Shown one piece after another: positions 23,600 to 37,130 of a DNA stretch of 64,000 nt. The DNA comes from Eledone cirrhosa (Eukaryota). A model generated the notes under the pieces. It was not told the origin of the DNA and searched no databases. It was given only the letters and a program-made list of their open reading frames with translations. Where the stretch lies: contig OZ024744.1 of the NCBI GenBank assembly GCA_964016885.1, positions 100,316,001 through 100,380,000 of the forward strand, in the 5' to 3' direction. Both the position numbers and the translations under genes were made by a program. Position 1 is the first letter of the stretch. Each line of letters opens with the position of its first letter.

Positions 23600-24757
23600 C
23601 TAGCAGCTTAGTCCGGTTGCACCCGGGGCCACTTTTTATTAAGTTATTAATTTGAAAAATATTATTGAAAGTTTATTATAAAGAAGCAGTTTCAGGGAAA
23701 AAAATAGAAATATACACTTGGGGCTGGACGGCGTACAATGAGAAGTGGAGCGACGTGAAAAGCGTTGTTTATTAACAGCGAAATAGCAATGTCGATGATA
23801 TGCAATTTGAAAAATACTACTTACTGTTAGTGGTGGTTAACATGTATTAGAATTAAAATAAAAACACGCGTCCCCTCTTCGCAATTTAAGGGTTTGGCGA
23901 TACTTGGTTTTAGTGTCCTAAATTATCATCGACATTCAATTATTTAGTTCCACCCACTACACGATACGTCACGACACGTCATCAGCTGCTGCTGCTTGAT
24001 TTTTACATGTACATTTTCTTACATGCTTCATTTTTACACGAAAAAACATTGGATTTTTAGAATATATATTTATTAAAATATTAACAGAGAAAATTAGATT
24101 TTTGATTTATTTTTTGAACAAAATAAATATTTATTTACAGTTTTTAAGTTTTTAACCGAAACACTATGCTTCATTTTTACATGAATATTTATTTACAGTT
24201 TTTAACAGAAAAAAATTGCTGCGAAATACATTTTTTTAAAAACAGATTTACAGTTTTTAACAACAGAAAAAAAATTTCTTTCAACAATATATTGTTGCGA
24301 TATACAGTTTAACATTTTTTCGAAACATTTACCTTCGTGACGTATCGTGTAGTGGGTGGAGCTAATAATTGAATGTCGATGATGATAATTTAGGACACTA
24401 AAACCAAGTATCGCCAAGGGTTCTATTTCTTTTGATGGAAAACAGTGACCGTACTGCAGAATCGATTTCATAAAACTGTACTGTATGATCGTTAAATGTA
24501 GAAGGATGATGAAGTTGTAAATAAGACAAAAGTATTAGAACAGGGGGAAATAACTCACCGAACGCGATAGTTTTGGGGCCCCAGGGACCACATTTTTCAA
24601 GTTAGAAATTTGAAACCTCGTCTATTTGCTTCCTTGGCACTTTTTACATAGGTGTGTAAATTTTCATGTCAGTCCGACCACGTCTACTACCATTTAACCG
24701 TGCACATTTGAATTTCAACCACCGCCCATTTCACAAATATATATTAGATATATTAGA
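23600..24757 (-). mobile_element. Non-autonomous Helitron B nested in Helitron A
   Basis: Minus strand begins TCTAATATAT... and ends CCGGGTGCAACCGG (hairpin) - ACTAAGCTG - CTAG|T. Confidence 0.65.
23896..24415. mobile_element. MITE with ~78-bp TIRs, Merlin-like
   Basis: GGCGATACTTGGTTTTAGTGTCCTAAATTATC...CACGATACGTCACGA and its inverse at 24336-24415. Flanks AAGGGTTT and AAGGGTTC form an 8-bp TSD with one mismatch. The terminus fits GGNRM. Confidence 0.8.
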
Positions 24758-25096
24758 TATCGTCTTTTTTTAATGTATGGATTACGTTACTCATTACATA
24801 AGACAGTGTAACACAGTCTTCATTCAATTTCTGTGTATATTGTCAATTACGATTTTATTTGACGTATCATATCTACATGTATATATACTTGCGTATAATA
24901 TCAATATACACACTACACATGCTAGCAGAAAACCACCCGAAGGGTGGTTTTTCTGCTAGTATAAATAACCCAGTGTACACATACACAGATCTGTATATAC
25001 TCCTATATGTATGTGTGTGTATGTATATTAACAACACATGTAAATATGTGTATATGGTTATGAATCAGTATGTATTTGTGTCACATCCAAAGACTT

Positions 25097-25890
25097 ATAT
25101 ATAAATACTACCCCTAATCTATATAGGTGGTACCCCTAATGTCTATATAAATACTATCCCTAACGTGTATAGGTAGTACCCCTAATGTATATATAAATAC
25201 TACCCCTAATATATATAGGTAGTACCCCTAATGTATATATAAATACTACCCCTAATATATATAGATAGTGCCCCTAATGTATATAAATACTACACCTTAT
25301 ATATATAGGTAGGACCCCTAATGTATATAAATACTACCCCTAATATATATAGGTAGGACCCCTAATGTATATATATACTACCCCTAATCTATATAGGTAG
25401 GACTCCTAATATATATAAATACTACACCTTATATATATAGGTAGGACCCCTAATGTATATAAATACTACCCCTAATATATATAGGTAGGACCCCTAATGT
25501 ATATATATACTACCCCTAATCTATATAGGTAGGACTCCTAATATATATAAATACTACACCTTATATATATAGGTAGGACCCCTAATGTATATAAATACTA
25601 CCCCAATCTATATAGGTACGACCCCTAATGTATATATATATACTACCCCTAATCTATATAGGTACGACTCCTAATATATATAAATACTACACCTTATATA
25701 TATAGGTAGGACCCCTAATGTATATAAATACACCTTATATATATAGGTACGACCCCTAATGTATATAACTACTACCATTAATGTATATGAATACTACCCC
25801 TAATATATATAAATACTACCCCTAATCTATATAAATACTACCCCTAATATATATAAATACCACCCCTAATCTATATAACTACTACCCTTT
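25097..25890. repeat. Minisatellite of alternating ~21-bp subunits
   Basis: TATATAAATACTACCCCTAAT and TATATAGGTAGGACCCCTAAT repeated. Confidence 0.9.
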
Positions 25891-26479
25891 ATGTGTAATT
25901 TCCACCCATCTATCCCAAAATGGTTTATATACATTTATCACACACAAAACCTGACTTTCAAACCAACACACATGCACACACATAAAGACACATGCACACA
26001 CTCACACACATATACACACACCATACACACACACACACCATACACCTTACACAATTACATTGTTAACAATAATAAATTCACAGAACCATAAATAATATCA
26101 ACAACAAAGCAACACATACACACACACACACACACACATACACACATACATACACGATAACACACTTACATGGTGGCTGCCAACTCGTTTTCGAGTACAG
26201 CCACTACTTTATATCCATGTAGGAGAACCCTTACCGATGTATATATATATACATACGCATAAATACACTCATGCACGTTCATACATACTCAAACACACAC
26301 ACACATACACATACTCACACACATACATATACACAGCCACACACATACGCACATACACACTCAAACACATACATACACACACCACATACCCATACCTCAT
26401 ACAACAGCCATAAAAACTGTTGACAATAATTCACTCAACCGGAACTAAATGCTGTTTCACAGCAACACATACACATACA

Positions 26480-29400
26480 TGTCAACGCGATCAGTCGCAT
26501 ATTTTGGCGTGCCACAACTATAGTCATGTTGAATAACTGGCTATTCTTCTAACTATATCTTCTGAAGACACCTTTTATTCAAATTCGTAGAGATATCCGA
26601 CTAAATACATAATTCATTTTACAAGGATTTGCTACAAACAGCATGGCTGAACACAACATCAACAACAAAATTAAGGAAGTATCGAAGACAACCAACAAGA
26701 AAGGTAAACAAACTTTATTCAGCTGTAGCTACAGAAAAGACCGAAATTATAAATTGCATTTCTCTTGGAGTTGCGGACTTAATAATTATTTATTTAATTG
26801 TTATAAAATGGCAAAAACAATCCCTCCATTGGCTATATGAACAGAATGAAGCTACACTGGGACGAAATGCACCCAGAGCTAAATTATTTCACAGCGAAAC
26901 AATTACGCCAACAAGTGACATTTGTTGAACGTAAAAATAAGATAAATAGTATTAATTGTAAGTCCTCCACAACAAACATGGGATCAACAACACGTGCTAC
27001 AGGTCGCCATGCTACTAGACTTCCTAGCAGCCAGGTCGAACAACGCCTTGAAACAACTATGCCTGTAAGAAACTTCACACCACGTGTACCATCTAAGTTT
27101 ACCTCGAATGCTGGGGAAAACACTATCAATAATAATAAAAATCGAAGAAATAATAATAATAATCGAAGAAATTTGACACCACATGCACCATCCGAGGCTA
27201 CCTCGACTGTTGTGGAAAATACTATCGATAATGATAATAATCAAAAGTATAAACAATTGAAATTTCCCTCAACGAAATCTTCCAGAGAGAAATTAACTCA
27301 TGTATAAATATCTCTCTTGCTGAACGTATTAAAACGACAATGTTTAATAAAAAAAACAAATAATGAAATATTACGTGTTATTGACGAAATAGGGGATGAT
27401 TATTTACGACAGATAAAAACCCCAACATTTTGGCAAATCAACGCCTGTTTATATGCCTTAGCAATGACAGTGAAGCATTATCTTGATGATAGCAGAGATA
27501 TTAACAAGAACAGAACACCACCAAAAATACCATCATATATAACTAAAATAGAAAAAAAGATTGCTGACCTACGAAAAACCATAGGATATGTGACAATGCT
27601 CCTTACATGCAAACAAACACAAAAAACCTCACTCCTCACCAACAAAGAGTGAAAAATAAAATAGAGATGATGTTTAGTAACAGTAGAACCAGAACTCTTC
27701 AATATAAGCTGATCACCCTCAAACAAGAATTGAGAGCTGTTAGCGAAAAACGCCGATACCTGAAGAAGATAGATGAGAGAAAAGTGCTTAATAAAAGATT
27801 CAGACGAAACCAAACATCAGTCTATAGAGATATGAAGGGCAAAGTAATAAATGTCACTGATGCCCCATCCCAGAAAGACATAGATTCCTTTTGGAGAAAA
27901 ATATGGGGTGAAAAGAAGAATTTCAACCAAGATGGCTAAGAGAAATCCGAAAGAACTATTGCTCCTACACTACAACAAAAACATACAAAATAAGTGAGGG
28001 TACCCTTAAGAGTGTGATAGGAAAACTCCAAGATAAGAAAACACCAGGAAGAGACTTGATTGTCGGCTACTGGTACAAAAAACTGATATTCTATCGGAGG
28101 TATCTTACTGACCTCTACCAACAAGTTCTTAAAGGAGATACACTTATACCAGAATGGTTGACATTAGCACAAACAATACTGGTCTCCAAGAACAAAGACA
28201 CCCACTTGGCAAAAAACTTCCGACCCATTGCATGCCAGAACCTGATGTATAAGATGTATACAGTCTGCCTGAACCTATTCCTCCAAGATCACTGTGAAAA
28301 TAATAACATCATCACAGATGAACAAGCAGCTGGAAAGAAAGGGGTTTGGGGATGTGCTGAACAACTCCTAATCAACAAAACTGCGATGTTGGAGGTGCGA
28401 CAACTTAGGAGGAATATGGCTACAGTCTGGCTGGACTACAAGAAAGCTTTTGATTCTGTTCCCCACTCTTGGATGATAGAGGCCCTCCGGCTTGCTAAAG
28501 TCCCAGACATTATTGTCAGAGCCATAGAGAGGCTGTCTTCTTTTTGGGCTACTATCCTAAAGTTAAAGACACAGAAGGAGGACTCTATTTTCACTGATAA
28601 AATAAAATATCACAGGGGTATATTTCAGGGTGACAATCTCTCTGTGATATTATTCATCTTGTCATTAAACCCCTTGTCCTTTCTGCTCAAGAAATGTGAA
28701 GGATACATCATTGGCTCACAGGCGGACAGAAATACGAACCTAACCCATAATTTCTTTGTAGACGATCTGAAACTCTATGCCAGGAACATGGATGGGATGA
28801 AGAAAAATCTTGACCTAGTTACAACATTCTCAAAGAATATAGGAATGGAGTTTAGCCAAGATAAATGTTCATATACGACTGTAAAATGGGGAAAATCTAC
28901 AACCCAATCTAGCAACATTGTCATCAATGGCCTAACTGTTTCACCGATATCTGATGAGGACTGCTACAGATACCTGGGGATAGATGAGAATATATCCTAT
29001 AATGGTATTTGTAATAAAGAACGCGTAACCAGGGACTAGTACACCTGATTAAGAAAGATCTGGTCATCGGAACTCTCTGCGCAAAACAAACAGTGGCTCA
29101 CAATGTGTTTGCTGTGCCTGTCCTAACACCAACATTTGGAATACTCAATTGGACGATAGACGAAATCCGAGCAGTTGATGTTGGAACTCGAAAAATACTA
29201 AACAACACTGGAAACTTCCACATCAACAGTGACATAGACCGCCTTTACTTAAAATGTAAGAAGGGAGGCAGAGGCCTAACATCAGTCCAGACAACATTTG
29301 AATGTCGCATCATATCTCTCCGACAACATCTACGAACCTCGAAGCGTAGGAGCCCGTTTCTTGAGCAAGTCTATCTGCATGAGACAGATAAGATCATGAG

Positions 29401-30300
29401 AGTTGGGAAGGAACTCCTTGAGAGATATTCCTTGTGTGATAATCAAAAACTCACACCCAGGGAAGTCACTCAGCAGTATCGCAGTGAATCCATGGATGAA
29501 AAACTGCATGTTTATCTGCAAAAAATCATGCATGGATATGTTGCCAGGAAGCTCCAGAGTGAGGGTAATATAGATAAGGAAAGTAGTCTATCTTGGACCA
29601 ACAACCGCTATATTGGCTCCCACTTTGAAGGATACGCTTTTGCAATACAAGAACAGGAGATTAACATGAAATACCTGATTCACAAAAGAGATAGGGATGC
29701 AAGCAAAACATCTAGATGTGATAACAAATGCAGACTCTGCAGAGCTAACATCGAGGATATCACAGTCATAAGCAGCTGTCCAAAGATGTCATCGCGGTAC
29801 TATCTACCTATGAGGCATGATGTAGTGGCCAAAACACTGTACAATGCAGTTCGTAAAAAAGATAGCCCCGATAATAAACACATTAAAAGCTACAGCAATG
29901 TGGAAGACATCCATGTACATAATATGAAAGAGTACTGGTGGAATGTTCCAGTAAAAACCCCAATAAAATGCAGGCATAATAGACCAGATATTATGATATG
30001 GGACAGGGAGAAGAAAGCATGCACAGTAGTGGAAATTAGCTGCCCAGCAGATGCCAATATAATATCAAAGATTAGCGAAAAGGAGAATATTTATGCAGAA
30101 CTGATGACACCTTCACATTTATACCTGTGATTATTGGGGCACTGGGGTATGTTAGTAACTGCCTCAATACAAATCTTGAGAAGCTAGGCTTCACAGGAAC
30201 AGAAAGAACACAACTAGTTAGGAAATTACAAGTACAATCCATTAATGGAACAGTAAAAATATGTAAAACATTCCAAACATTTTGCATCTAATAACTGCAT
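26480..30300 (+). mobile_element. Near full-length non-LTR retrotransposon with restriction-like endonuclease (R2 group, R4/Dong-like)
   Basis: A single long broken ORF with RT followed by a C-terminal zinc knuckle and REL domain. Embedded in CA/ACAT-rich simple repeats on both sides. Confidence 0.9.
26643..30291 (+). pseudogene. Disrupted RT-REL ORF
   Basis: Motifs FRPIAC, WLDYKKAFDSVPH, GIFQGDNLS, FVDDLKLY, YRYLG, CRLC...SSC, RHD, HNRPDIMIWD...VEISCP. Multiple stops and frameshifts; final TAA at 30289-30291. Confidence 0.9.
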
Positions 30301-30408
30301 ATACACATGTACAGATACAAAGCATATGCACATGCACACATACAACTCAAAACACACACACCCACACACACAATAACATCCATATCTACACATGCATGCA
30401 TACATAAT

Positions 30409-31487
30409 CTACCGACTTAGGCCCCTAAAGGCACTTGTGATCCTGGTCTTCAGATCGTCTTTCGTATTACAGCTAGATCTGTTGGTGTCTCGTTCCACTG
30501 CGCCCCACACAAAGAAGTCGAGGGGGTTGCAGTTAGGCGAGCTGGCAGGCCAGATGTCAGGTGAAGTGTGGTCGATGAAGTTCTCTGACTGCCAGGCTTG
30601 GGTCTTTTGGCTGGTATGGCAGGGCGCTGAGTCTTGCTGCCACATGTACGGCCTACCTGCAGCTACCTGGTCGATCCAGGGCTTTACTACCTAGCTCAGA
30701 ACGCAGATGTAGCCATCAGGGAAGAAGTGGCACGACGTCACCTTGACTGCTGACGACACCTAAGACCAATGTTGTCGCTGGAAACTTTGTCTGCATGACT
30801 CTGGGCACGTCTTTGGATGAGACAGCAAGCCACCTGTTGTTCTGGGAGTTGATTTTCTGGTCTTGGCAGAAGTTTTTCTCGTAGGAGAAAAACTACAGCA
30901 TGTCTAGCTCCAGTGGGTGTTTCAACTTGTTGATCAGCTTCTTTGCGTGCTTCAGTCGCATTTCTTGCATCGCCTTTGACAGAAATTGTCCTTTCCTCAT
31001 CCTGCATGAAACATAGCGAATGTCTTCATGTACCACCAGCCTAATGAGCTTTTCATCCACGCCTTTCTCCCTTGCAATGGCACGCATCGACTTGCTAGGT
31101 TCATTGTTGATGATATCCTGAACTTCAGTGACGAACTCAGGCGTTCTGAAGGCGTCAGATCGTCGATCATGTGTTTTCCTCTCTGATGTTGCTTCGTAGT
31201 CGAATCCTGAATCTTCCAATTCCTTTCTGACCTTTTCCACCATTCTCCTGCTGACGCTGAGAAAGTCTGAAATTTCCTTATTTGTCCTCCCGGGGCGGAT
31301 TCCAAGAAGAACTCTGTGTCTCTTCCACAAATTTGGAGGTTCAAACTTATTTGTAATCAATTATTCTGAAAATAAATAATGGAAATATAGTCACTGTTTT
31401 TATGAAGACAACAGTGACAACGGAAGTAAAAAAAATTTGCATAAAATTAGTAGTTGAAAATTGCGAACAAATATCGTCCACACCCTG
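30409..31487 (-). mobile_element. Tc1/mariner DNA transposon, DD37D (maT) type, 3'-truncated and frameshifted
   Basis: Terminus TA|CAGGGTGTGGACG at 31487. HTH-like region in 30893-31360. WQQDSAPCH...WPASSPNCNPLD has 37 residues between the Asp residues. Second TIR not found. Confidence 0.9.
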
Positions 31488-31844
31488 TATATACACACAT
31501 ACATACATACATATACATACATATATACATACACACACACATACATACATATATACATACACACATACATACATACACACATACATACATACATACACAC
31601 ACATACATACATACACACAATTCATAGAAATGACCACAAAAGAACATTAGTCATCCCGTCAACCCAGTTCCAATTCCTGACAATTTTATTTTTAAACAAA
31701 GGACAATCTATATTCCTTTGAAAGTATGATACAAAGCTGAATATTATTTATATCTAGTGAAAACACATCTAGTGCTTTCAAACTCACAGTTCTAAACAGC
31801 CAGTGAGCAAATAGTTAATCTTGTACATGGAATAATATTTTAAA

Positions 31845-32330
31845 GTTCCCCTCTATGGAGCAGAAATGTGGCCCTTCCACAAAGGCCCTGGCACAGAGGG
31901 TTGACAGCTTCGATAGCAGAGCCCTGATGAGGACTATACAGAACATCAGATGGCACCACCAAGTTTCTAACAAAGTGTTGCATGTGCACATGCATTGGAC
32001 CACAGCTTCCTGCCTCATAGCTATCTGCCACATACACTGGTATGGACATGTCCTCTGTTTTCCACCAGATCATCCTGCAAGGGCCTTCCTCTCCTTCGAC
32101 GCAGCTGCTGAAGGCTGGAAGAGGCCTTGCGGCAGGCTCCACACCAGATGGCGGGATGTCATCGGGGAAGATCTCTGAAGTCTTGACATCAGCTTGGAGG
32201 ATGCAGAGGAGCTGGCATGGGACCACCCGCGATTGAAGGTGCTGGTGGACCTGGTCAGCTCTATGCACGATGATGCTTCTGGAATGACTGGCTTAGGGTG
32301 ACCTTGGCCTAGTTGAGCGAGAAAAAGATC
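31845..32330 (+). mobile_element. 3' fragment of an RTE-type LINE
   Basis: RVDSFDSRALMRTIQNIRWHHQVSN...WYGHVLCFPPDHPARAFL...GWKRPCGRLHTRWRDVI. Confidence 0.8.
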
Positions 32331-32834
32331 TTTATTAATATCAACTGAAACAGTTTAGTTTATATTAGATAAAATATTTCTTTTTAATTATCTTAACTAT
32401 TGTCAAGGTTTGCTCTCTTCCAGACCCTCTTTGGGGTCTCAGGATATGCAATCTTTATGCATCCATCCCATGTCTCCCAGGACAGGTTGCAGGCTCATTA
32501 CCAGTTTTTGCAGCATGAAATGGAGACTGCAATATATTTTTTGCATAGACCTCTCTACCCTAGGTCTGAACGCATCCTTTGTTAAACTGCATGAAGGACG
32601 AAGTAGTATGGTTCTTTTTTGTTCCTTTCACCATATTGCAGTTACATTTTCAGTGGTCTTACTCATATCAGTCTCCAATCTGGTAGTTTGTCAATCCTGT
32701 GATTAGAAGTGGCCTTTACTCACCTCATCATGGCTATGTCATTGGGTTTTGAGAGTTTTCTTGGGAATTATAGGTAATTAGAATATCTCAGGAAAGAATC
32801 ACTGGACATATTTATTTTACAGGCAAAATCAACT

Positions 32835-32980
32835 GGCAGGAGACCCAGGTACATTATTTTTTCAACCCCGTAAGTATGAAAAGCAAAGTTAACCTCGGTG
32901 GGATTTGAATTTGGAACACGTAAAGGGTCATAACTAAATACTGCAAACCATTTTGTCCGACGCTCTACCGATTCTAACAC
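32835..32980 (-). mobile_element. S1 SINE copy
   Basis: ACCCCGTAAGTATGAAAAGCAAAGTTAACCTCGGTGGGATTTGAA...CGCTCTACCGATTCT. Confidence 0.85.
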
Positions 32981-33129
32981 TGCTGTTGTTGACCTAGTAT
33001 CATGTTCTGTTCACCAGTGTTGCTATCTTATCTGCCAACATTAAAGGTTTCTCATTAGATTCCACCCAGTCACCAAATTCTCTTCCATTATCTTCTGGAG
33101 AACTTCATTGATGGTAAAGGCAAAGAGGG

Positions 33130-35090
33130 TATACATACATATATATATACACATATATACACATATATACACACATATACACCTTACAAACACACACACA
33201 CTGACACACATACATACATACATATATACACACACATATACACACCTATATACACATATACACACATATACACCTTACAAACACACACATATACACACTG
33301 ACACACATGCTTACATACATATATACACATATACACCACCTTACAAACACACACACACACTGACACACATGCTTGCATACATATACACACACATATACAC
33401 CTTACAAACACACACACACACACACTGACATACATATATACACACATATACACACACATATACACACCTATATACACATATACACACATATACACCTTAC
33501 AAACACACACACTGACACACATGCTTATATACATATATACACATATACACCACCTTACAAACACACACACACACTGACACACATGCTTGCATACATATAC
33601 ACACACATATACACCTTACAAACACACACACACTGACACACATACATACATATATACACACATATACACACACATATACACACACATATACACACCTATA
33701 TACACATATACACACATATACACCTTACAAACACACACACTGACACACATGCTTATATACATATATACACATATACACCACCTTACAAACACACACACAC
33801 ACTGACACACATGCTTGCATACATATACACACACATATACACCTTACAAACACACACACACTGACACACATACATACATATATACACACATATACACACA
33901 CATATACACACCTATATACACATATACACACATATACACCTTACAAACACACACACTGACACACATGCTTATATACATATATACACACATACACCACCTT
34001 ACAAACACACACACATACTGACACACATGCTTGCATACATATACACACACATATACACCTTACAAACACACACACACTGACACACATACATACATATATA
34101 CACACATATACACACACATATACACACCTATATACACATATACACACATATACACCTTACAAACACACACACTGACACACATGCTTATATACATATATAC
34201 ACATATACACCACCTTACAAACACACACACACACTGACACACATGCTTGCATACATATACACACACATATACACCTTACAAACACACACACACTGACACA
34301 CATACATACATATATACACACATATACACACACATATACACACCTATATACACATATACACACATATACACCTTACAAACACACACACTGACACACATGC
34401 TTATATACATGTATACACATATACACCACCTTACAAACACACACACACACTGACACACATGCTTGCATACATATACACACACATATACACCTTACAAACA
34501 CACACACACTGACACACATACATACATATATACACACATATACACACACATATACACACCTATATACACATATACACACATATACACCTTACAAACACAC
34601 ACACATACACACACTGACACACATGCTTACATACATATATACACATATACACCACCTTACAAACACAAACACACACTGACACACATGCTTGCATACATAT
34701 ACACACACATATACACCTTACAAACACACACACACTGACACACATACATACATATATACACACATATACACACACATATACACACCTATATACACATATA
34801 CACACATATACACCTTACAAACACACACACACACACACTGACATACATGCATACATACATATATACACATATACACCAACTTACAAACACACACACACAC
34901 TGACACACATGCTTGCATACATATACACACACATATACACCTTACAAACACACACACACTGACACACATACATACATATATACACACATATACACACACA
35001 TATACACACCTATATACACATATACACACATATACACCACCTTACAAACACACACACACACACACTGACATACATGCATACATACATATA
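33130..35090. repeat. CA-rich minisatellite with 216-bp higher-order period
   Basis: Subunits are anchored by CCTTACAAACACACACACTGACACACAT. Equivalent ORF starts recur at 33815, 34031, 34247 and 34463. Confidence 0.9.
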
Positions 35091-35268
35091 TGGTGGCTGC
35101 CAACTCGTTTTCGAGTACGGCCACCGTGACTGGTTCGCTATCCCCAGTGACCTAGCCTGGGACCATTGTGCGTGGGCTGCCATGGTTCAGGATGCCCCCC
35201 AGTCAGGACAAGGGGAGAAGCCGGCTCAACCCGTCCAGGGTGAATGTCGACACAAGTACAAGTAAGTA
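35091..35268 (+). mobile_element. Short element: hairpin head plus RTE-like 3' tail ending ACAAGTACAAGTAAGTA
   Basis: Head GGTGGCTGCCAACTCGTTTTCGAGTACGGCCACC also occurs at 26172-26204. The tail resembles an RTE 3' end (recalled similarity). Confidence 0.5.
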
Positions 35269-35669
35269 TATGTATACATACATATATATACACACGTATA
35301 TACACACTCTCACAAACACACTCTCACACGTGCATACACATGTAAACACACACTGACACATGCAAACATACATATGTAGACACACAAACACACAGATACA
35401 CACACACTGATACACATGCATACATACATATGTACACCCCCATCCCCTCACACACACGACCCCTTCCCCCCACGCACATACAACCCCCTCCCACACACAC
35501 ACCAAGCACACAGCCCCCTCCCTCCCCCCACACCCACAACCCCCCACACCTCGCACACAACCCCCTCCAACACACACACACCTCGCACACAACCCCCTCC
35601 AACACACACACCTCGCACCCCCCCTCCTGCACACACATCTCCCAAATTCCAATCAATATTATATTGAAA

Positions 35670-35853
35670 AGGGCGGTGGATTGGCAGTATCGGTAGAGGG
35701 TCGGACGCCGTGCTTTCCAGCATAGTTACGTCCCTTTACGATCTGAGTTCAAATCCCGCCGAGGTTAACTTTGCCTTTCATCCTTACGGGGTCGATAAAA
35801 TAAAGTACCAGTAATGCACTGGGTAATTGCTGGCCTTGTGCCTAAAGTAGAAA
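35670..35853 (+). mobile_element. Full-length young S1 SINE with 16-bp TSD
   Basis: A-box TGGCAGTATCGG and B-box GAGTTCAAATCC. CAATATTATATTGAAA occurs at 35654-35669 and 35854-35869. Confidence 0.95.
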
Positions 35854-35914
35854 CAATATTATATTGAAATGGAATGGAATGAACTTTCATCAATATCAAT
35901 GATGAATATTCAGT

Positions 35915-36945
35915 TGTTTGAACAGAACAGCCTCCTCATGAAATTAACATATAAGTGGCTGAGTATTCCACAGTCATATACACCCTTAATGTAATTCTCA
36001 GGGAGATTCAACATGACACAGTGTGTGACAAACCTGACCCTGTTGAATTACAGGTACCATCATCACATATTGTATTGTAGTGTAAGTGGCTGAGTATTCC
36101 ACAGACATAGTGTACTCATAACATAGTTCTCAGGGAGATTCAGTGGCACAGTATGAAACAAAGCCGATCCATTGAATTACAGGTACCATCATCACATATT
36201 GTATTGTAGTGTAAGTGGCTGAGTATTCCACAGACATAGTGTACTCATAACATAGTTCTCAGGGAGATTCAGTGGCACAGTATGAAACAAAGCCGATCCA
36301 TTGAATTACAGCTACCATCATCACATATTGTATTGTAGTGTAAGTGGCTGAGTATTCCACAGACATAGTGTACCCATAGCATAGTTCTCAGGGAGATTCA
36401 GTGGCACAGTATGTAACAAAGCCGATCCATTGAATTACAGGTACCATCATCACATATTGTATTATTGTGTAAGTGGCTGAGTATTCCACAGACATAGTGT
36501 ACCCATAACATAGTTCTCAGGGAGATTCAGTGGCACAGTATGTAACAAAGCCGATCCATGGAATTACAGATACCATCATCACATATTGTATTATTGTGTA
36601 AGTGGCTGAGTATTCCACAGACATAGTGTACTCATAACATAGTTCTCAGGTACCATCATCACATGAATTGGGAGTATCGGTAGAGGGTCGGACGCCATGC
36701 TTTGACGTATAGAGTTACGGCCCTTGCCATTCTGAGTTCAAATCCCGCCAAGGTTAACTTTGCCTTTTATCCTTACGGGGGTCGATAAAATAAAGTACCA
36801 GTAATGTACTGGGTAATTTTCTGGCCTTGTGCCAATAGTAGAAACAATTATTGTATTATTGTGTAAGTGGCTGAGTATTCCACAGATATAATGTACCCTT
36901 GATGTAGTTCTCAGGAAGATTCATTGAATTACTGGTACAGTTCAA
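35915..36945. repeat. 129-bp tandem repeat (about 6-7 units), probably SINE-derived, interrupted by an S1 SINE
   Basis: AAGTGGCTGAGTATTCCACAG recurs at 35953, 36084, 36213, 36342, 36471, 36600 and about 36865. Confidence 0.9.
36665..36852 (+). mobile_element. S1 SINE inserted inside the 129-bp array
   Basis: The array unit breaks at CATCACAT and resumes ATTGTATTATTGTGTAAG after the SINE. Confidence 0.9.
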
Positions 36946-37130
36946 TACACAGGCTTCCAAACAGTCTCTGTCTACCTAATTTCACTCACAAGGCATGACA
37001 ACCTCTCCTGAGTACTCACTTGAACATGAGTTTCTTGGCCTGCTTGGGAGGCTCTGCTTCAGTACTGACTTGGTCTATATGACTTGTCGAACACTTGCTA
37101 GCCAGAGAAATTGGAAGTTAAAACAACAAC

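Larger units (their letters stand above)
23273..24959 (+). mobile_element. Non-autonomous Helitron A, long copy containing nested insertions
   Basis: Segments 23273-23466 and 24777-24959 match the two halves of the reverse complement of 20405-20790. It ends in a hairpin followed by CTAG|T. Confidence 0.8.
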
